DNA from: an uncultured cyanobacterium
GTDB lineage: Bacteria; Cyanobacteriota; Cyanobacteriia; PCC-9006; JAAUQQ01
DNA length: 64,000 bases
NCBI GenBank assembly: GCA_963718615.1
Contig: OY970368.1
Location: 3,616,001-3,680,000, forward strand
Direction: 5' to 3'
The notes below the pieces were generated by a model. It was not told where the DNA came from, ran no database searches, and worked only from the letters and a program-made list of their open reading frames with translations. The stretch's first letter is position 1. Each line of letters starts with the position of its first letter. The translations under genes were made by a program, and so were the position numbers. Shown one piece after another: positions 41,473 through 52,907 of this stretch.

Positions 41473-42495
41473 ATGGCATCTGAAAAACTTTGGCAACGTT
41501 CTGAGCTCATGGGAACCCAGGTTATCACCCGTGACACGGGAAAACGCCTAGGGGTGGTCGCCGAAATTTTGGTAGATGTCGACCGTCGGGAAGTCATCGC
41601 CCTAGGCTTGCGGGACAATATTTTGTCTCGGGTCGTGCCGGGGGTGCCCCGCTATCTATATTTATCTAGCATCCGTCAGGTCGGGGATGTGGTCTTGGTG
41701 GATTCTGATGAGGCCATTGAGGACATTGATATTAGTCCCTACAGCCTGATGGTCAATAGCGAGGTCATTACGGAATCGGGTGAACCCTTGGGGCGGGTGC
41801 GGGGGTTCCAGTTCAATATCGAGAACGGAACGCTAAAGTCATTGGTGATTGCCTCCCTGGGATTACCCTTTGTGCCAGAGGGGGTTCTAAGTACCTACGA
41901 GTTACCCATTGATGAAATTGTCAGCAGTGGTCCCGATCGCATCATTGTCTTTGAAGGCGCTGAGGAACGGTTGCAGCAAATCACTGTGGGGGTGCTCGAA
42001 CGGTTAGGCATTGGCTCGCCGCCTTGGGAGCGGGATGCCGAAGACAGCTATGTTTTGCCCACAGTTCCAGCGGAAAATCAGTTGGGGACTGGATTACCTA
42101 CCCAAGCTTCTCAACCCCAAACCAATAGTAGCTATGGTCAACAATCCTACGGTAAGCCCTACCGGGCTCCAGCGGATGATTCCTGGGATGATGATAATTG
42201 GGAGCGGGAGCCCGAACCTATTCCCCGCGAACTGCCCCGTCAAGAGCCCCAGCGTCGCTATTTAGAAGCGGAGGCAGAGCCAGAGTCGGGGTGGAGTGAA
42301 GCTTCGGGCAATCGGGAAATCTACACGGATGACTACGGTTATGAGGATGACCCTGCCTACAATCCCCCGGGCCGTCCCGCTGAGCCCCTGGGAGATGCTT
42401 GGGCTGACGACAACTCGGCCTACAAGCCGAAAAAACTGGAGATTCCGGAGAAACAGCCCCAGCCTGAACCCGAATATGAGGATGGTGGTTATTAG
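41473..42495 (+). CDS. PRC-barrel domain protein
   Basis: GTQVITRDTGKRLG and EVITESGEPLGRVRGF; acidic tail. Confidence 0.88.
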   Translation: MASEKLWQRSELMGTQVITRDTGKRLGVVAEILVDVDRREVIALGLRDNILSRVVPGVPRYLYLSSIRQVGDVVLVDSDEAIEDIDISPYSLMVNSEVITESGEPLGRVRGFQFNIENGTLKSLVIASLGLPFVPEGVLSTYELPIDEIVSSGPDRIIVFEGAEERLQQITVGVLERLGIGSPPWERDAEDSYVLPTVPAENQLGTGLPTQASQPQTNSSYGQQSYGKPYRAPADDSWDDDNWEREPEPIPRELPRQEPQRRYLEAEAEPESGWSEASGNREIYTDDYGYEDDPAYNPPGRPAEPLGDAWADDNSAYKPKKLEIPEKQPQPEPEYEDGGY

Positions 42496-42624
42496 CCTGG
42501 ATTACTAATCTGGGTTATTAATCTGGGTTCTTGATCGAGGGGAATAATGGGCTTGGAGTCGGGCGATAAACCCATAGTTGCGAAAGTCACGAAAAGAGTC
42601 GCGAAGGGAGAGCCATAACCCTAA

Positions 42625-44034
42625 ATGTTTGATTCATCTCCTGCCCACCCATCGCTCCTTTATCCCCAAGCCATGGCCGACCTCAAGGCCAAGAATTTTC
42701 AGGCCGCGCTGACGGGATTTAATCAGGTCCTGAAGCTAGAGCCAACATTTGCGCCGGGCTTCTTGGGACGGGCGATCGCCCAGTTTCACCTGGGTTTGGT
42801 TCGTGCTGCCATTGCCGATGCCCAGCGGGCAGCTCAGCTCCAGCCCGGCCTAGCTGCGGCCTACGAGCTGATGGGCAAGGCCCAGTCCCAGTTGGGGAAT
42901 AGCGCTCAGGCGATCGCCGCCTACAAACAAGCGGTCCATCAATACCTGGCCGCAACGCCGCCGGACAAAGTTCGTGCCCAAACCTGCATTACCCAAGCCG
43001 AACAGCTTCAACAACGACTGGAGCGTCCTAATCTGGCGGTAACGATTGATCCCTCCCTGTCACCGGAGGCTTATCTGCAACGGGCGATCGCCCGGATGGA
43101 ACAAGGAGATCTAGCGGCGGCCTTAATCGATCTCAATTGGCTCCTCCAGTTTGAGCCTAGCAATTTGGAAGCTCTCTGCCGTCGAGCAGAGGTGTCTGGA
43201 CAACTAGGTCGTAAGAACGATGCCGTGAGGGATATGGCTCAGGTGCTGAAGCTGGATCCCGATAGTCGCGAACTCAAATTGCGTCGGGCCTGTCTGCGGA
43301 TGACTCTGGGGGATGCTCAGGGGGCGATCGCAGAACTCACCGCCCTCATGGAGCCCGATCAGCCCAATACCCAAATTTTTCTGCATCGCGGACGAGCCCA
43401 TCAGCAGCTGGGCCACTGGGACGATGCCTTTAAGGATTATTCTAATGGGTTGGGTGCTGGGGTGGATGAACCGGCGCTGTATCAGGGGCGAGCGGAAGTT
43501 CGTTGGGAAACGCGGGATTTGGAGGGGGCGATCGAGGACTACACCCAGGCGGCAACGCTGTGGCTCAATCGCGGTGCGGGCGATCGCTATCAGCAGCTTC
43601 TCGAACGCATCGACCAACTCCGCCAAGCCCATGCGGCCCAGGAAGCAGAAAAAGCAGCAGCCCAAGCACGACAGATTCGGGTGCCGATTTTGTACCGTCG
43701 TCAGGGGGCTCCAGTGGTCGCGGCCCTAGTGAATGATCGCCATTCCATTGAGTTAACCATTGCTACATCGTCAACCTTTACGGTGTTGCCGCGATCGCTG
43801 ATTGCTCAACTAGATTTCACCCCAACGGGTATGGTTTGGTGTCAAGGCTTAGATGGGCAGGTCGAACAGGCAGAGGCGGGTTATGTGCAAAAGATTCAGG
43901 TGGGGGGAGCGATCGCCCATTTTGTCAGGATTGTAGTGGCGGAATGGGATGCGGTTGGTTTTTTAGGTCAGAGTTTTTTCGGCGACTATGACTTGCATAT
44001 CTTGCCTGATGAAATTGAGTTTAACCGTCGCTAA
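42625..44034 (+). CDS. TPR protein with a C-terminal retropepsin-like (aspartic protease fold) domain
   Basis: Multiple TPRs, then VPILYRRQGAPVV..VN..TIATSSTFTVL..GFLGQSFFGDYD. Confidence 0.8.
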   Translation: MFDSSPAHPSLLYPQAMADLKAKNFQAALTGFNQVLKLEPTFAPGFLGRAIAQFHLGLVRAAIADAQRAAQLQPGLAAAYELMGKAQSQLGNSAQAIAAYKQAVHQYLAATPPDKVRAQTCITQAEQLQQRLERPNLAVTIDPSLSPEAYLQRAIARMEQGDLAAALIDLNWLLQFEPSNLEALCRRAEVSGQLGRKNDAVRDMAQVLKLDPDSRELKLRRACLRMTLGDAQGAIAELTALMEPDQPNTQIFLHRGRAHQQLGHWDDAFKDYSNGLGAGVDEPALYQGRAEVRWETRDLEGAIEDYTQAATLWLNRGAGDRYQQLLERIDQLRQAHAAQEAEKAAAQARQIRVPILYRRQGAPVVAALVNDRHSIELTIATSSTFTVLPRSLIAQLDFTPTGMVWCQGLDGQVEQAEAGYVQKIQVGGAIAHFVRIVVAEWDAVGFLGQSFFGDYDLHILPDEIEFNRR

Positions 44035-45125
44035 GCCCGTGCCATCCAATGCTGCCACCAGGCAAATAAAAGACGATGATTCTGTTGCACTAAGAAATAG
44101 AAGTAAACCGACAGAATCATTAATAAACACCATCCACCGATGCCGTTATAGGTATCAATAATGAGCTGATCGCTCCAGCCAAACTGGTCGCTCAATATAT
44201 TCATATCTCCCCCGGCATGGTCCGCACCGCCCCAGAGCGATCCCCAGGGAATTGACTCGACGCCCCGACGAATCTGCCGCCAGGAGGAAAGCTTGCCAAA
44301 GAATGTAAAAGCAGCCCCTAGAACCACCGGATAACGGTAAAAATCCCAGCGCCAATAGGCCGGTAGGGGGAAATAGAAACTCACCATCATCAGCGTACAG
44401 AGATAAAACTCTCCGCCAATGCCGCCAAAGGCCAGCCACATTTCAAACCGATCCGCAGACATCCACCAGGTCATATAAACCTGTAGCAAGGCCAAGCCAA
44501 TCGCCAGAACCATGGGCCAGCGCTGTCGTTCTTTGTATCCACTCCAACCCAAAAGCCCGAGCAAAACCAAAATACCAAAATAGACAAACAGCGATCGCTC
44601 CGGTTCCACATTGGTCCAGCCAATCGGCAATGGAATTGCCTTCCGTCCTGATAGCCAAGCCACGATCGCATGGCCAAATTCATGCCACCAAATATTGATG
44701 CCGTTGAGCAGCATACGGGGGATAGGCATCGCGTTGAGCAGGAGCGCGATCGCCCCCAATCCCGGCAACACAATCGCGTTGGCAATGCGATTATTAAAGG
44801 AACATAAATCCGTATCTTCCTTCGTCAAATGATGCCGAGGCATCAGTAGTTTCTGGGTCCAAGCAGCTTGTTTGGGCGCATGCAGACCATAAATATAAAC
44901 GGTTTCAATCGCTGCGACCTGGGGATGTTGAGGATTCAACTGCTCTAGCAGTTTATAAATCTGAGCCGCTGCTTTGGCACCCTTGGGGGCTTGGTGAACC
45001 TTTAAGCCAATGTGCAACTGTTGGTTCTTGATACAAAGCTGCGCGTCAAAACCCGCTTGGCGCAGTTCTTGCAGCAAAATCGGCATTAGATCATCCGGGG
45101 AAGCAGGCACGGCAAAACGCTCCAA
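44031..45125 (-). CDS. Membrane metalloprotease-like protein (M50B-like HExxH)
   Basis: WWHEFGHAIVAW, several TM helices and a GDMN motif. Confidence 0.7.
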   Translation of the reverse strand: MERFAVPASPDDLMPILLQELRQAGFDAQLCIKNQQLHIGLKVHQAPKGAKAAAQIYKLLEQLNPQHPQVAAIETVYIYGLHAPKQAAWTQKLLMPRHHLTKEDTDLCSFNNRIANAIVLPGLGAIALLLNAMPIPRMLLNGINIWWHEFGHAIVAWLSGRKAIPLPIGWTNVEPERSLFVYFGILVLLGLLGWSGYKERQRWPMVLAIGLALLQVYMTWWMSADRFEMWLAFGGIGGEFYLCTLMMVSFYFPLPAYWRWDFYRYPVVLGAAFTFFGKLSSWRQIRRGVESIPWGSLWGGADHAGGDMNILSDQFGWSDQLIIDTYNGIGGWCLLMILSVYFYFLVQQNHRLLFAWWQHWMARA

Positions 45126-45199
45126 CTCGCGTCCGTCCTAGAATGCCCCACTGCGCGCAACTGTGCGCCTTCAGCTTGAGATCGTTAGAGCTTAGCTTG

Positions 45200-45754
45200 T
45201 TAGACAAAGGCTCGCATTTTTTCAATCAGATGATCGAAATAGGGGGCGATCGCCTCCGCCTCCCCCGACACCTGCTTCAAACTCTCTACCTTCAACGCCT
45301 CTAGCCCCGTCACCATAGCAGGCAGCGGCACCTGGAGCTCTTCATAGAGTACCTGCATGTAATGCAAGCCTTCGGCGCTCGTAAACTCAACGCTGCCGCT
45401 AGCCAACCCATAGGTAACACAGCGAAGAAAATGCCAAAAATCTCGCCAACAGGCCTCCGCCCGGAGTTCTGGATAAAGCGCACCGCCCGCTGCCGTAATG
45501 CCTGGATACTTCACCAAAACCTGCTCTCGGGCCGCCGTAACAATCTCGCTGGCCCCCTCTCGCAATTGCTGAGCCGCTTGGGTGAGCGAGGTCTGGTCAA
45601 ATTCCGCCAATTCGTCATCGGTGAGGTAGCGGCCCCCATCATCGGCAGCCTTGATCGAGGCCATTGCCTCCTCCCTCTCCGATAGTCCCTCGGTCTTTAC
45701 AATCCGCGCCTTGGGAATCAGTTCTTTGGCGCGATCGCTTAATTGGAAGGTCAT
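45200..45754 (-). CDS. aplA: Allophycocyanin-like protein
   Basis: Globin-fold phycobiliprotein motifs ADDGGRYL and LYP..RAEACWRDFWHFLRCVTYG; divergent from cpeBA. Confidence 0.75.
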   Translation of the reverse strand: MTFQLSDRAKELIPKARIVKTEGLSEREEAMASIKAADDGGRYLTDDELAEFDQTSLTQAAQQLREGASEIVTAAREQVLVKYPGITAAGGALYPELRAEACWRDFWHFLRCVTYGLASGSVEFTSAEGLHYMQVLYEELQVPLPAMVTGLEALKVESLKQVSGEAEAIAPYFDHLIEKMRAFV

Positions 45755-46061
45755 AGCGCAAATCCCAAACGAATAACTAAAACAGCGCAACCAAAACGCA
45801 CAACTCAGCCTAACCGGTCTGTATCCAGAGATATCCTCTCTTTCATTAAAGCACTGTTTCCAGCCCTGGATAGCCCTGTAAATCTCTCCTAGACAAGGTT
45901 TTTCAGCTTCGTTATCGCAAACGTAACAAAATGTTGCTTAGTTTTTAATCCTGGAGACAGAGCCCGCAGTCATCCACTACTGTCGTTTCTAGTGAAATAC
46001 AGACGGCGGCCCCCGGAGCTGGCTTACCGGAACGCTTGCGGACCGCAGCCATTGCCCGTAG

Positions 46062-46667
<606 letters not shown>

Positions 46668-46720
46668 TTGAATTGCTGCGGCATTTCCTTGGCTTTTGGC
46701 TTTTGGCTAGATTCGTTTGA

Positions 46721-47275
<555 letters not shown>

Positions 47276-47328
47276 GGTGCTGACGTTATCGTCATGGACT
47301 GGAGCTAATCAAACATAGCTCTACCCTT

Positions 47329-47387
47329 CTGGGGATTCTAGGTCAAGGCTAGGTCAACAAGACCTGTAGCTGGCTTAGGGTCCCCAG
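47329..47387 (+). terminator. Long stem-loop after cpeA (terminator or mRNA stabiliser)
   Basis: CTGGGGATTCTAGGTCA pairs with TGGCTTAGGGTCCCCAG and encloses an AGGTC/GACCT stem. Confidence 0.6.
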
Positions 47388-47410
47388 CTTCTGTTTGCCT
47401 CATCAGAACT

Positions 47411-48697
47411 ATGGATAAGCGTTTTTTTAGCATGTTTGGGCTCTCCGAAGCAGAGTCCATTGCGTTGCTCGATACTCCCTTAGATCAACTACAAGCAGGA
47501 GAGTCGCGCTATGTGGCTGCCTGTGAGTTGGTCAATTTCCCTTCAGAGCAGTCGATCCAGGCGCTGATGCGGGCCGTGCAAAACACCCATGCGGATCTAG
47601 AAAATCGCATTGTTCGCCGCAAGTCTGTGGAAACCCTTGGGCGGCTCAGTGCGGTTCAGGCCCTGCCGTTGATTCGAGCCTGTCTCGCTGATGAGGATTG
47701 CTACACCGTCGAAAATGCTGTTTGGGCCATTGGCGAAATTGGCACCCAAGATGCGGCGATTTTGGATGAAATTGCGCAGTTACTGACCCGACCCGAGCAA
47801 ACCTATCGAGTGATTATTCACACGTTGGCAAAGTTGAACTATCACCCGGCGGTCAGCCGCATTCAAGCGTTTGTCGGCCATGAAGATCAGGCGATCGCCA
47901 GCGCAGCGATCACCGCCTTAGCACGGCTGACGGGCGATCGCACCTCCCTCGATCGTGTTGTCGAGCTGCTGTTTCATCCCAATGTTTATACCCGCCGTTT
48001 GTGTATCCAAGATCTAGCAGACGCCCAGCATTATGCAGCCATTCCAGAGATTGCTCAATCTCCCGTTTCTGTGGTGTTTCGGCTACGAGGCATCCGGCTC
48101 TTGGCGGATGCCGGGAGAGCGGTGGATGCCTTGGATTTTACGCAGGATATCCAACCCTGGCTCGATCGCACGATTCGCGATCATCCCCAGGACCTGAAGC
48201 TGGTGCATGAATATGATCAACCGCCCACCCTTGAGTTTTTGCTCAATGAGCTCTATCAAACCGATTTTGGCCGCTGTTATTTAGCCAGCCAAACCTTGCT
48301 GAATGACCACCGTAAAATTGCACCGGATGCTTTATTGGTCGCCTATCGAGAGCAAGCCTATGGGGATTATGGGGGACATTACCATGTGATGAAACTGCTG
48401 GGGTGGCTTAAGGCTGAATCGGCGTTTGATTTGCTGCTTCAAGAGGGCTTAAATCATCCGCAACCCCAGTTTCAAAAGTCGCGGTTTGCAGCGGCGATCG
48501 CCCTCGGTGAGTTAGGTAATCCTGAGGCGATTCCTAACCTAAAAGACTGTCTAACCTCCCCTCTCTGGACCTTAAAATATGCAGCACTTCTCGCCCTAGA
48601 ACAGTTGGGAGACCGGAGCGGTCATGGGATCGCAGCCCAAGATCCCGATTGGCTCATTCAGGCCCGTGCGACCCATGCCACTTGTTTCAATTTCTAG
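47411..48697 (+). CDS. cpeY: Phycoerythrobilin lyase CpeY
   Basis: MDKRFFSMFGLSE, HEAT repeats, TDFGRCYLA and DYGGHYH; directly after cpeA. Confidence 0.9.
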   Translation: MDKRFFSMFGLSEAESIALLDTPLDQLQAGESRYVAACELVNFPSEQSIQALMRAVQNTHADLENRIVRRKSVETLGRLSAVQALPLIRACLADEDCYTVENAVWAIGEIGTQDAAILDEIAQLLTRPEQTYRVIIHTLAKLNYHPAVSRIQAFVGHEDQAIASAAITALARLTGDRTSLDRVVELLFHPNVYTRRLCIQDLADAQHYAAIPEIAQSPVSVVFRLRGIRLLADAGRAVDALDFTQDIQPWLDRTIRDHPQDLKLVHEYDQPPTLEFLLNELYQTDFGRCYLASQTLLNDHRKIAPDALLVAYREQAYGDYGGHYHVMKLLGWLKAESAFDLLLQEGLNHPQPQFQKSRFAAAIALGELGNPEAIPNLKDCLTSPLWTLKYAALLALEQLGDRSGHGIAAQDPDWLIQARATHATCFNF

Positions 48698-48706
48698 AGT
48701 CCTCTT

Positions 48707-49312
48707 ATGAGTATTGACGTATTGTTCGAGCAATTAAAACATCCCAATCCCAACCTGCGCGAACGGGCGATTTTGGAACTGGCTGATATGCGGGATGAAC
48801 AAACGATTCCCCGTTTGATGGCGGTATTGGATGAAGAGGACGTGGTGTTCCGTCGAGCCTCGGTGAAGGCGCTCGGTGCGATTGGCTCGGATGCGGTTCC
48901 AGCCCTGGTGGAGGGGTTGCTCCACAGCGACAATGTGACCGTGCGGGGCAGTTGTGCTAAGGCCCTAGCCCAGGTTGCAGTTAATCATCCCGATGAGCCC
49001 TTTCCCCACGAAGGGTTACTGGGCCTCCAGCAGGCTTTAGAAGATCTCAATCCGGTGGTTCATATTGCCTCGGCCATGGCCCTAGGGGAAGTAGGCGTGC
49101 CTGCGGTGGAAATTTTAATTGAAGCGGTTCAAAACACCGAAAATCTAGGCATGGCTGTTGCTGTCATTAATGCCCTGGGTGCCATTACCGATGAGCGATC
49201 GGCAGTGGTGTTGGCCGCGATCGCCAACGACGAAACCGCAGATACCTATCTCCAGGAATCAGCCATTAGCGCCCTGTCTCGACTGGAATTGGTCAAAAAT
49301 TTTCGTCGTTAG
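48707..49312 (+). CDS. cpeZ: Bilin attachment chaperone CpeZ
   Basis: LFEQLKHPNPNLRERA, VRGSCAKAL and NPVVHIAS; follows cpeY. Confidence 0.9.
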   Translation: MSIDVLFEQLKHPNPNLRERAILELADMRDEQTIPRLMAVLDEEDVVFRRASVKALGAIGSDAVPALVEGLLHSDNVTVRGSCAKALAQVAVNHPDEPFPHEGLLGLQQALEDLNPVVHIASAMALGEVGVPAVEILIEAVQNTENLGMAVAVINALGAITDERSAVVLAAIANDETADTYLQESAISALSRLELVKNFRR

Positions 49313-49574
49313 CTAGTTTGCTGCACTGGGAGGCGATCTGACAGGTCAGAGAACAGGTCAACTCCCGGTTTGCCGCAATGCGCACACAAAGAATCTGTTG
49401 GTTGTCCGCCAGTCGCTGCGCTACTTTTTGATAACAGTGGGGTTTGGCTTCCGCCGCCTCAATGGGATTGATAAAAGGACCAAAGTGGTAAATCCCTTGG
49501 GTTTCATTGGTCACTACAATAATCCAGTAGCCCAGATTTAAAAACTTCAGAACAGACGCAACCAGACTTTTCAT
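49293..49574 (-). CDS. DUF1816-like small protein
   Basis: YWIIVVT..IYHFGPF..EA motif. Confidence 0.6.
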   Translation of the reverse strand: MKSLVASVLKFLNLGYWIIVVTNETQGIYHFGPFINPIEAAEAKPHCYQKVAQRLADNQQILCVRIAANRELTCSLTCQIASQCSKLANDENF

Positions 49575-49707
49575 CGCCTTCGCTCCTCAGGCAACACCAG
49601 TTCGAAATCAGCCGGAATCCATTTTCAGGGCTTGTCCCTTAGGATGCCCATAGCTTCACGGCCTTAGGCCACGATTTCAGACTTGGTGGGCTCCCACTCT
49701 CTCTGCC

Positions 49708-50568
49708 TCAGGTATTTTCCAGTTGGCCAATGGCCAGGTCTAGGATGGGCTGGAGTGCCGTGCCCGTGGCTTGAGCCAAAGCGGTTTTGAGCGGTATCAG
49801 GGCGGCTGGATCGCCAATTTTCATCAACGCTAAAGCGGCGGCTTTACGGGTTTCTGAACTGTCATGCTGAAGCAAACCCAGCAGGGGCTCAACCGCTGGT
49901 CGGTAGGCCAAATTGCCCAGGACCGCCGCTGCTTCGCTGCGCACGTCTTCGATATCGTCGTTTAATGCTTGAATCAGCAGCTCAAAGGCTCGCTCCTCCG
50001 GGTCTTCCTGGGCAATCTTGGCGATCGCCCCAATCACCGCCGATCGCACCTCAGGCACCGGAGAATCCGCCACCTCATAAAAAGCGTCCTTGGCTTCAGC
50101 CCCAATAAAAGCAAGCGCCCAAGCCGCATGGCCTTTCGTCGTTTCTGGATAATCCGGTGAGGCTAAAACAGCCAGCAACGGCGGTACGGCTGCGCCCCCA
50201 ATTTGAGCAAGGGCTCCCGCTGCGGAGCCATGAACCACCGTATCTTCATCCTTGAGCAGTGCCTGAACCAATGTTGGAACCGAGCGGGGATCTTTAATCA
50301 ACGTCAGCGTCTTGGCACAGGCCCGACGCACCACCGGATTGGCATGTTCCGCCAAGGCCGCCATCAAAACCGGCGCGGCAGGTTGACCAATTTCCCCCAG
50401 GGTTTCGGCAATGCGCAACCGGACGACGCCCCGAGGATCGGAAAAGCTCTCCACTAAGGCTTCAAGGGTAGCCGTATCGTTTGCATCAAAGCATTGCTCT
50501 GCCTGCTGGCCATTGACTCGGGCGATGAGGGCATCCGTCTCTGCTTCGGGGTTGGGCAATGGAATCAT
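49708..50568 (-). CDS. cpeF: CpeF/MpeV-family bilin lyase (HEAT repeats)
   Basis: DPRGVVRL..TLGEIG, NPVVRRACAKTLTLI and KGHAAWALAFIG; located in the PE cluster. Confidence 0.75.
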   Translation of the reverse strand: MIPLPNPEAETDALIARVNGQQAEQCFDANDTATLEALVESFSDPRGVVRLRIAETLGEIGQPAAPVLMAALAEHANPVVRRACAKTLTLIKDPRSVPTLVQALLKDEDTVVHGSAAGALAQIGGAAVPPLLAVLASPDYPETTKGHAAWALAFIGAEAKDAFYEVADSPVPEVRSAVIGAIAKIAQEDPEERAFELLIQALNDDIEDVRSEAAAVLGNLAYRPAVEPLLGLLQHDSSETRKAAALALMKIGDPAALIPLKTALAQATGTALQPILDLAIGQLENT

Positions 50569-50611
50569 GGCAGTATGGGAACGATTTGAACCAAGCAAAA
50601 AAGACGCAATT

Positions 50612-50860
50612 TTAGGTCGCGGCGCTCAGGGTCGCCTGCTGTTGCTTGAGGCTTTCTAAGGTGGCGTCAATGTGGGCGAGTTCAGGTTCTAGTTGAGACA
50701 TAACGCTGCTCTTGGGCATTTTGGCCCGTTTTGCCACAGCGAGGGTATCGTTGACTAGGCGATCGCGATACTGTTCAAACTCAGTAATTAGCTCGTTAAT
50801 TTCTTCCAATGTCGGCAGGGTCGCCCCATTAGGGGTTGCGGAATCAGGCGGTTGAGTCAT
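50612..50860 (-). CDS. Conserved small coiled-coil protein of phycoerythrin clusters
   Basis: EFEQYRDRLVND..AKRAKMPK..PELAHIDA; directly upstream of the cpeF-like gene. Confidence 0.7.
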   Translation of the reverse strand: MTQPPDSATPNGATLPTLEEINELITEFEQYRDRLVNDTLAVAKRAKMPKSSVMSQLEPELAHIDATLESLKQQQATLSAAT

Positions 50861-51247
50861 GGGTCGTCTTGAATTGAAATGAGGTTAATTCAGAGGTTAA
50901 TTCAAAAAAAGCTAGATGAATCAAGCCTCTAGTCTTTCGATCTTCTCAGATTTTCGACCCCGCAGGCAAACCCCTGAGCGGTTATCAACAACCTTGTATA
51001 AAACCTTAAAACTCCACAGAACCTGATTAGACTGTGCTGATGTTTCGGATTCTGACGGTAGAGACGAATAGTTCTATTCCCTCATTTACCCAGGAAGGAC
51101 AGCGGAATGCTCAGGATGCCCACGGTTGGCTTGCAGCGTCAGGCCCATCAGCATAAAGCCCATCAGCATAAAATCCATCAGCAGACCTCCCTTTTCCATC
51201 TTCCCGCTTTGCGTCCGCCCCATCGGTCACCGGAGGCATCGTTTCCC

Positions 51248-52354
51248 ATGGCTCAATCTCATCAGTTACAGGCTCAGCAGCGTCAGGATTTAGAGCAAGT
51301 GTGGCAACAATTGCTAGACCAAGCCCTCGACCCCTGTCGGTTGCCCGAGCATCGCCTTCAGCGCCTCAGCGCCATCAAGGATATGGGTCGCCTGGGATGG
51401 TCCCAGAGCGTTGAGCCCCTGGGCCGTTGCTTAGAGGAGGTCGAAGATCCCACCATTATTGAAGCCGCCGTGCGTGCCCTGGGGGAATTGGGGTGTCAGT
51501 CTCGGCCCCTGCTGGCTCGCATCTTGCTGCTGCTCGAAGATACACAGCAGAGTCGCCGCGTTATTCTCTATACCCTAGTCAGTCTGCTGGAGCAGGTTGG
51601 CGCAGACACGGCCAGCAGCTTAACAGATGCGCTGCATGCTGTGCTGCCAAACTTGCTCGTGGATGCAGATGAAACCATCGTGAGTGTGGCGATCGCCGTT
51701 CACCACCGTTTAACGGGCGACCCAGCAGGCATGGATCGGCTGATCCACAATCTACATCACAACGATGAAACCATCCGCCGAGCCGCCCTCGAAGACCTCT
51801 GCCTCGCAAAATATACCCCTGCACTGAGCTATTTAGCCCAAACCCAATCTCTATTGCTCCCCCCCTTGCTGCGACTGGAGCGCATGCGATGTCTGGCTGA
51901 CGCAGGATTTGCAACGGGGAGTCTGACCCTCGTCGATGTGGAACAGGGGTTTGACCAAGTCTTTGATGAAATTGCTAGCACCTATAGCACTCCGCCCTCC
52001 ACTCATCTTTCCCCCAGCCCTCTCTCTCCCAGCCAACAGCAACAGGCTTACGAGCATCACATTGAATTGCTCGATCGCGACCAACCCCAAACCCTACCGC
52101 AGCGGCTGGCAGCGGCGATCGCCCTAGGCCACGCTCAACAGCATTCAGCGGTGCCGTTTTTAGAAACCACCCTCTACACCACCACCCTTTGGTCCCTTAA
52201 ATATGCTTGCCTTGTGGCGCTGCACCAACTTGAACAAACACCCCCCCTCCATCGTCATACCAATGCAACAGACTGGCTGATTCGTGGCAAGGCCCTCAGC
52301 CTTTTGAATGTTGCAAGAAAGTCACAAAAGCTACTTTCTTCTCGGGATAAATGA
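51248..52354 (+). CDS. Divergent CpeY-like HEAT-repeat protein
   Basis: Colinear similarity to the cpeY product in this window (RLTGD, RCLADAG, AAAIALG, WSLKYA, DWLI). Start is 51107 or 51248. Confidence 0.75.
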   Translation: MAQSHQLQAQQRQDLEQVWQQLLDQALDPCRLPEHRLQRLSAIKDMGRLGWSQSVEPLGRCLEEVEDPTIIEAAVRALGELGCQSRPLLARILLLLEDTQQSRRVILYTLVSLLEQVGADTASSLTDALHAVLPNLLVDADETIVSVAIAVHHRLTGDPAGMDRLIHNLHHNDETIRRAALEDLCLAKYTPALSYLAQTQSLLLPPLLRLERMRCLADAGFATGSLTLVDVEQGFDQVFDEIASTYSTPPSTHLSPSPLSPSQQQQAYEHHIELLDRDQPQTLPQRLAAAIALGHAQQHSAVPFLETTLYTTTLWSLKYACLVALHQLEQTPPLHRHTNATDWLIRGKALSLLNVARKSQKLLSSRDK

Positions 52355-52733
52355 GAGAGACTAGCTCGATTAACGGCAAAATCATGCTAGGAATTAAAAT
52401 GAAAGCTAAGCGGGTTTTTCTCAGAAAGCGATCGCCAAACCCCTTGTTCTGTATCCAATTTAGCCATTTCAGGACCATTTGACTTAAGTTTCTTCACACT
52501 CCCTGAGAAGTGGATGCAAAGGTTGACCACCCTGTCAACCCCGTGTTATCTTTTTTTATATAAACACCCCGACCCACAAAACAGCTTGAGCGCTTATAGC
52601 AGGTTTGGCTTGAGGCGGATAGAGTCGTTGAAAAGGGTCTGTTCACAGCGCCATGAAGAGTCATCCTAGAGCAGGCTTCTAGGAAAGGCGATCCATCTGG
52701 TCCTGTGAAGTGTACAGAGGAGGATGATCCACA

Positions 52734-52907
52734 ATGTCAAGTGAAAAGAAGCTGTCCTTGAGCATGGAGCAGGAATTTAGCCTGCGCAAATATCAAGCCC
52801 AAGTAAAGGGGGTAAGCCGCGAAGAATTAGAGGATTTATTCATCGAAATTGTCCGTCAAAAGATGGCCCAGGAAAACCTGTTTCGAGACATGATGCGTAG
52901 CGCCTAG
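52734..52907 (+). CDS. nblA: Phycobilisome degradation protein NblA (not in the ORF track)
   Basis: MSSEKKLSLSMEQEFSLRKYQAQVKGVSREELEDLFIEIVRQKMAQENLFRDMMRSA (57 aa); GAGGAGG RBS. Confidence 0.9.
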   Translation: MSSEKKLSLSMEQEFSLRKYQAQVKGVSREELEDLFIEIVRQKMAQENLFRDMMRSA

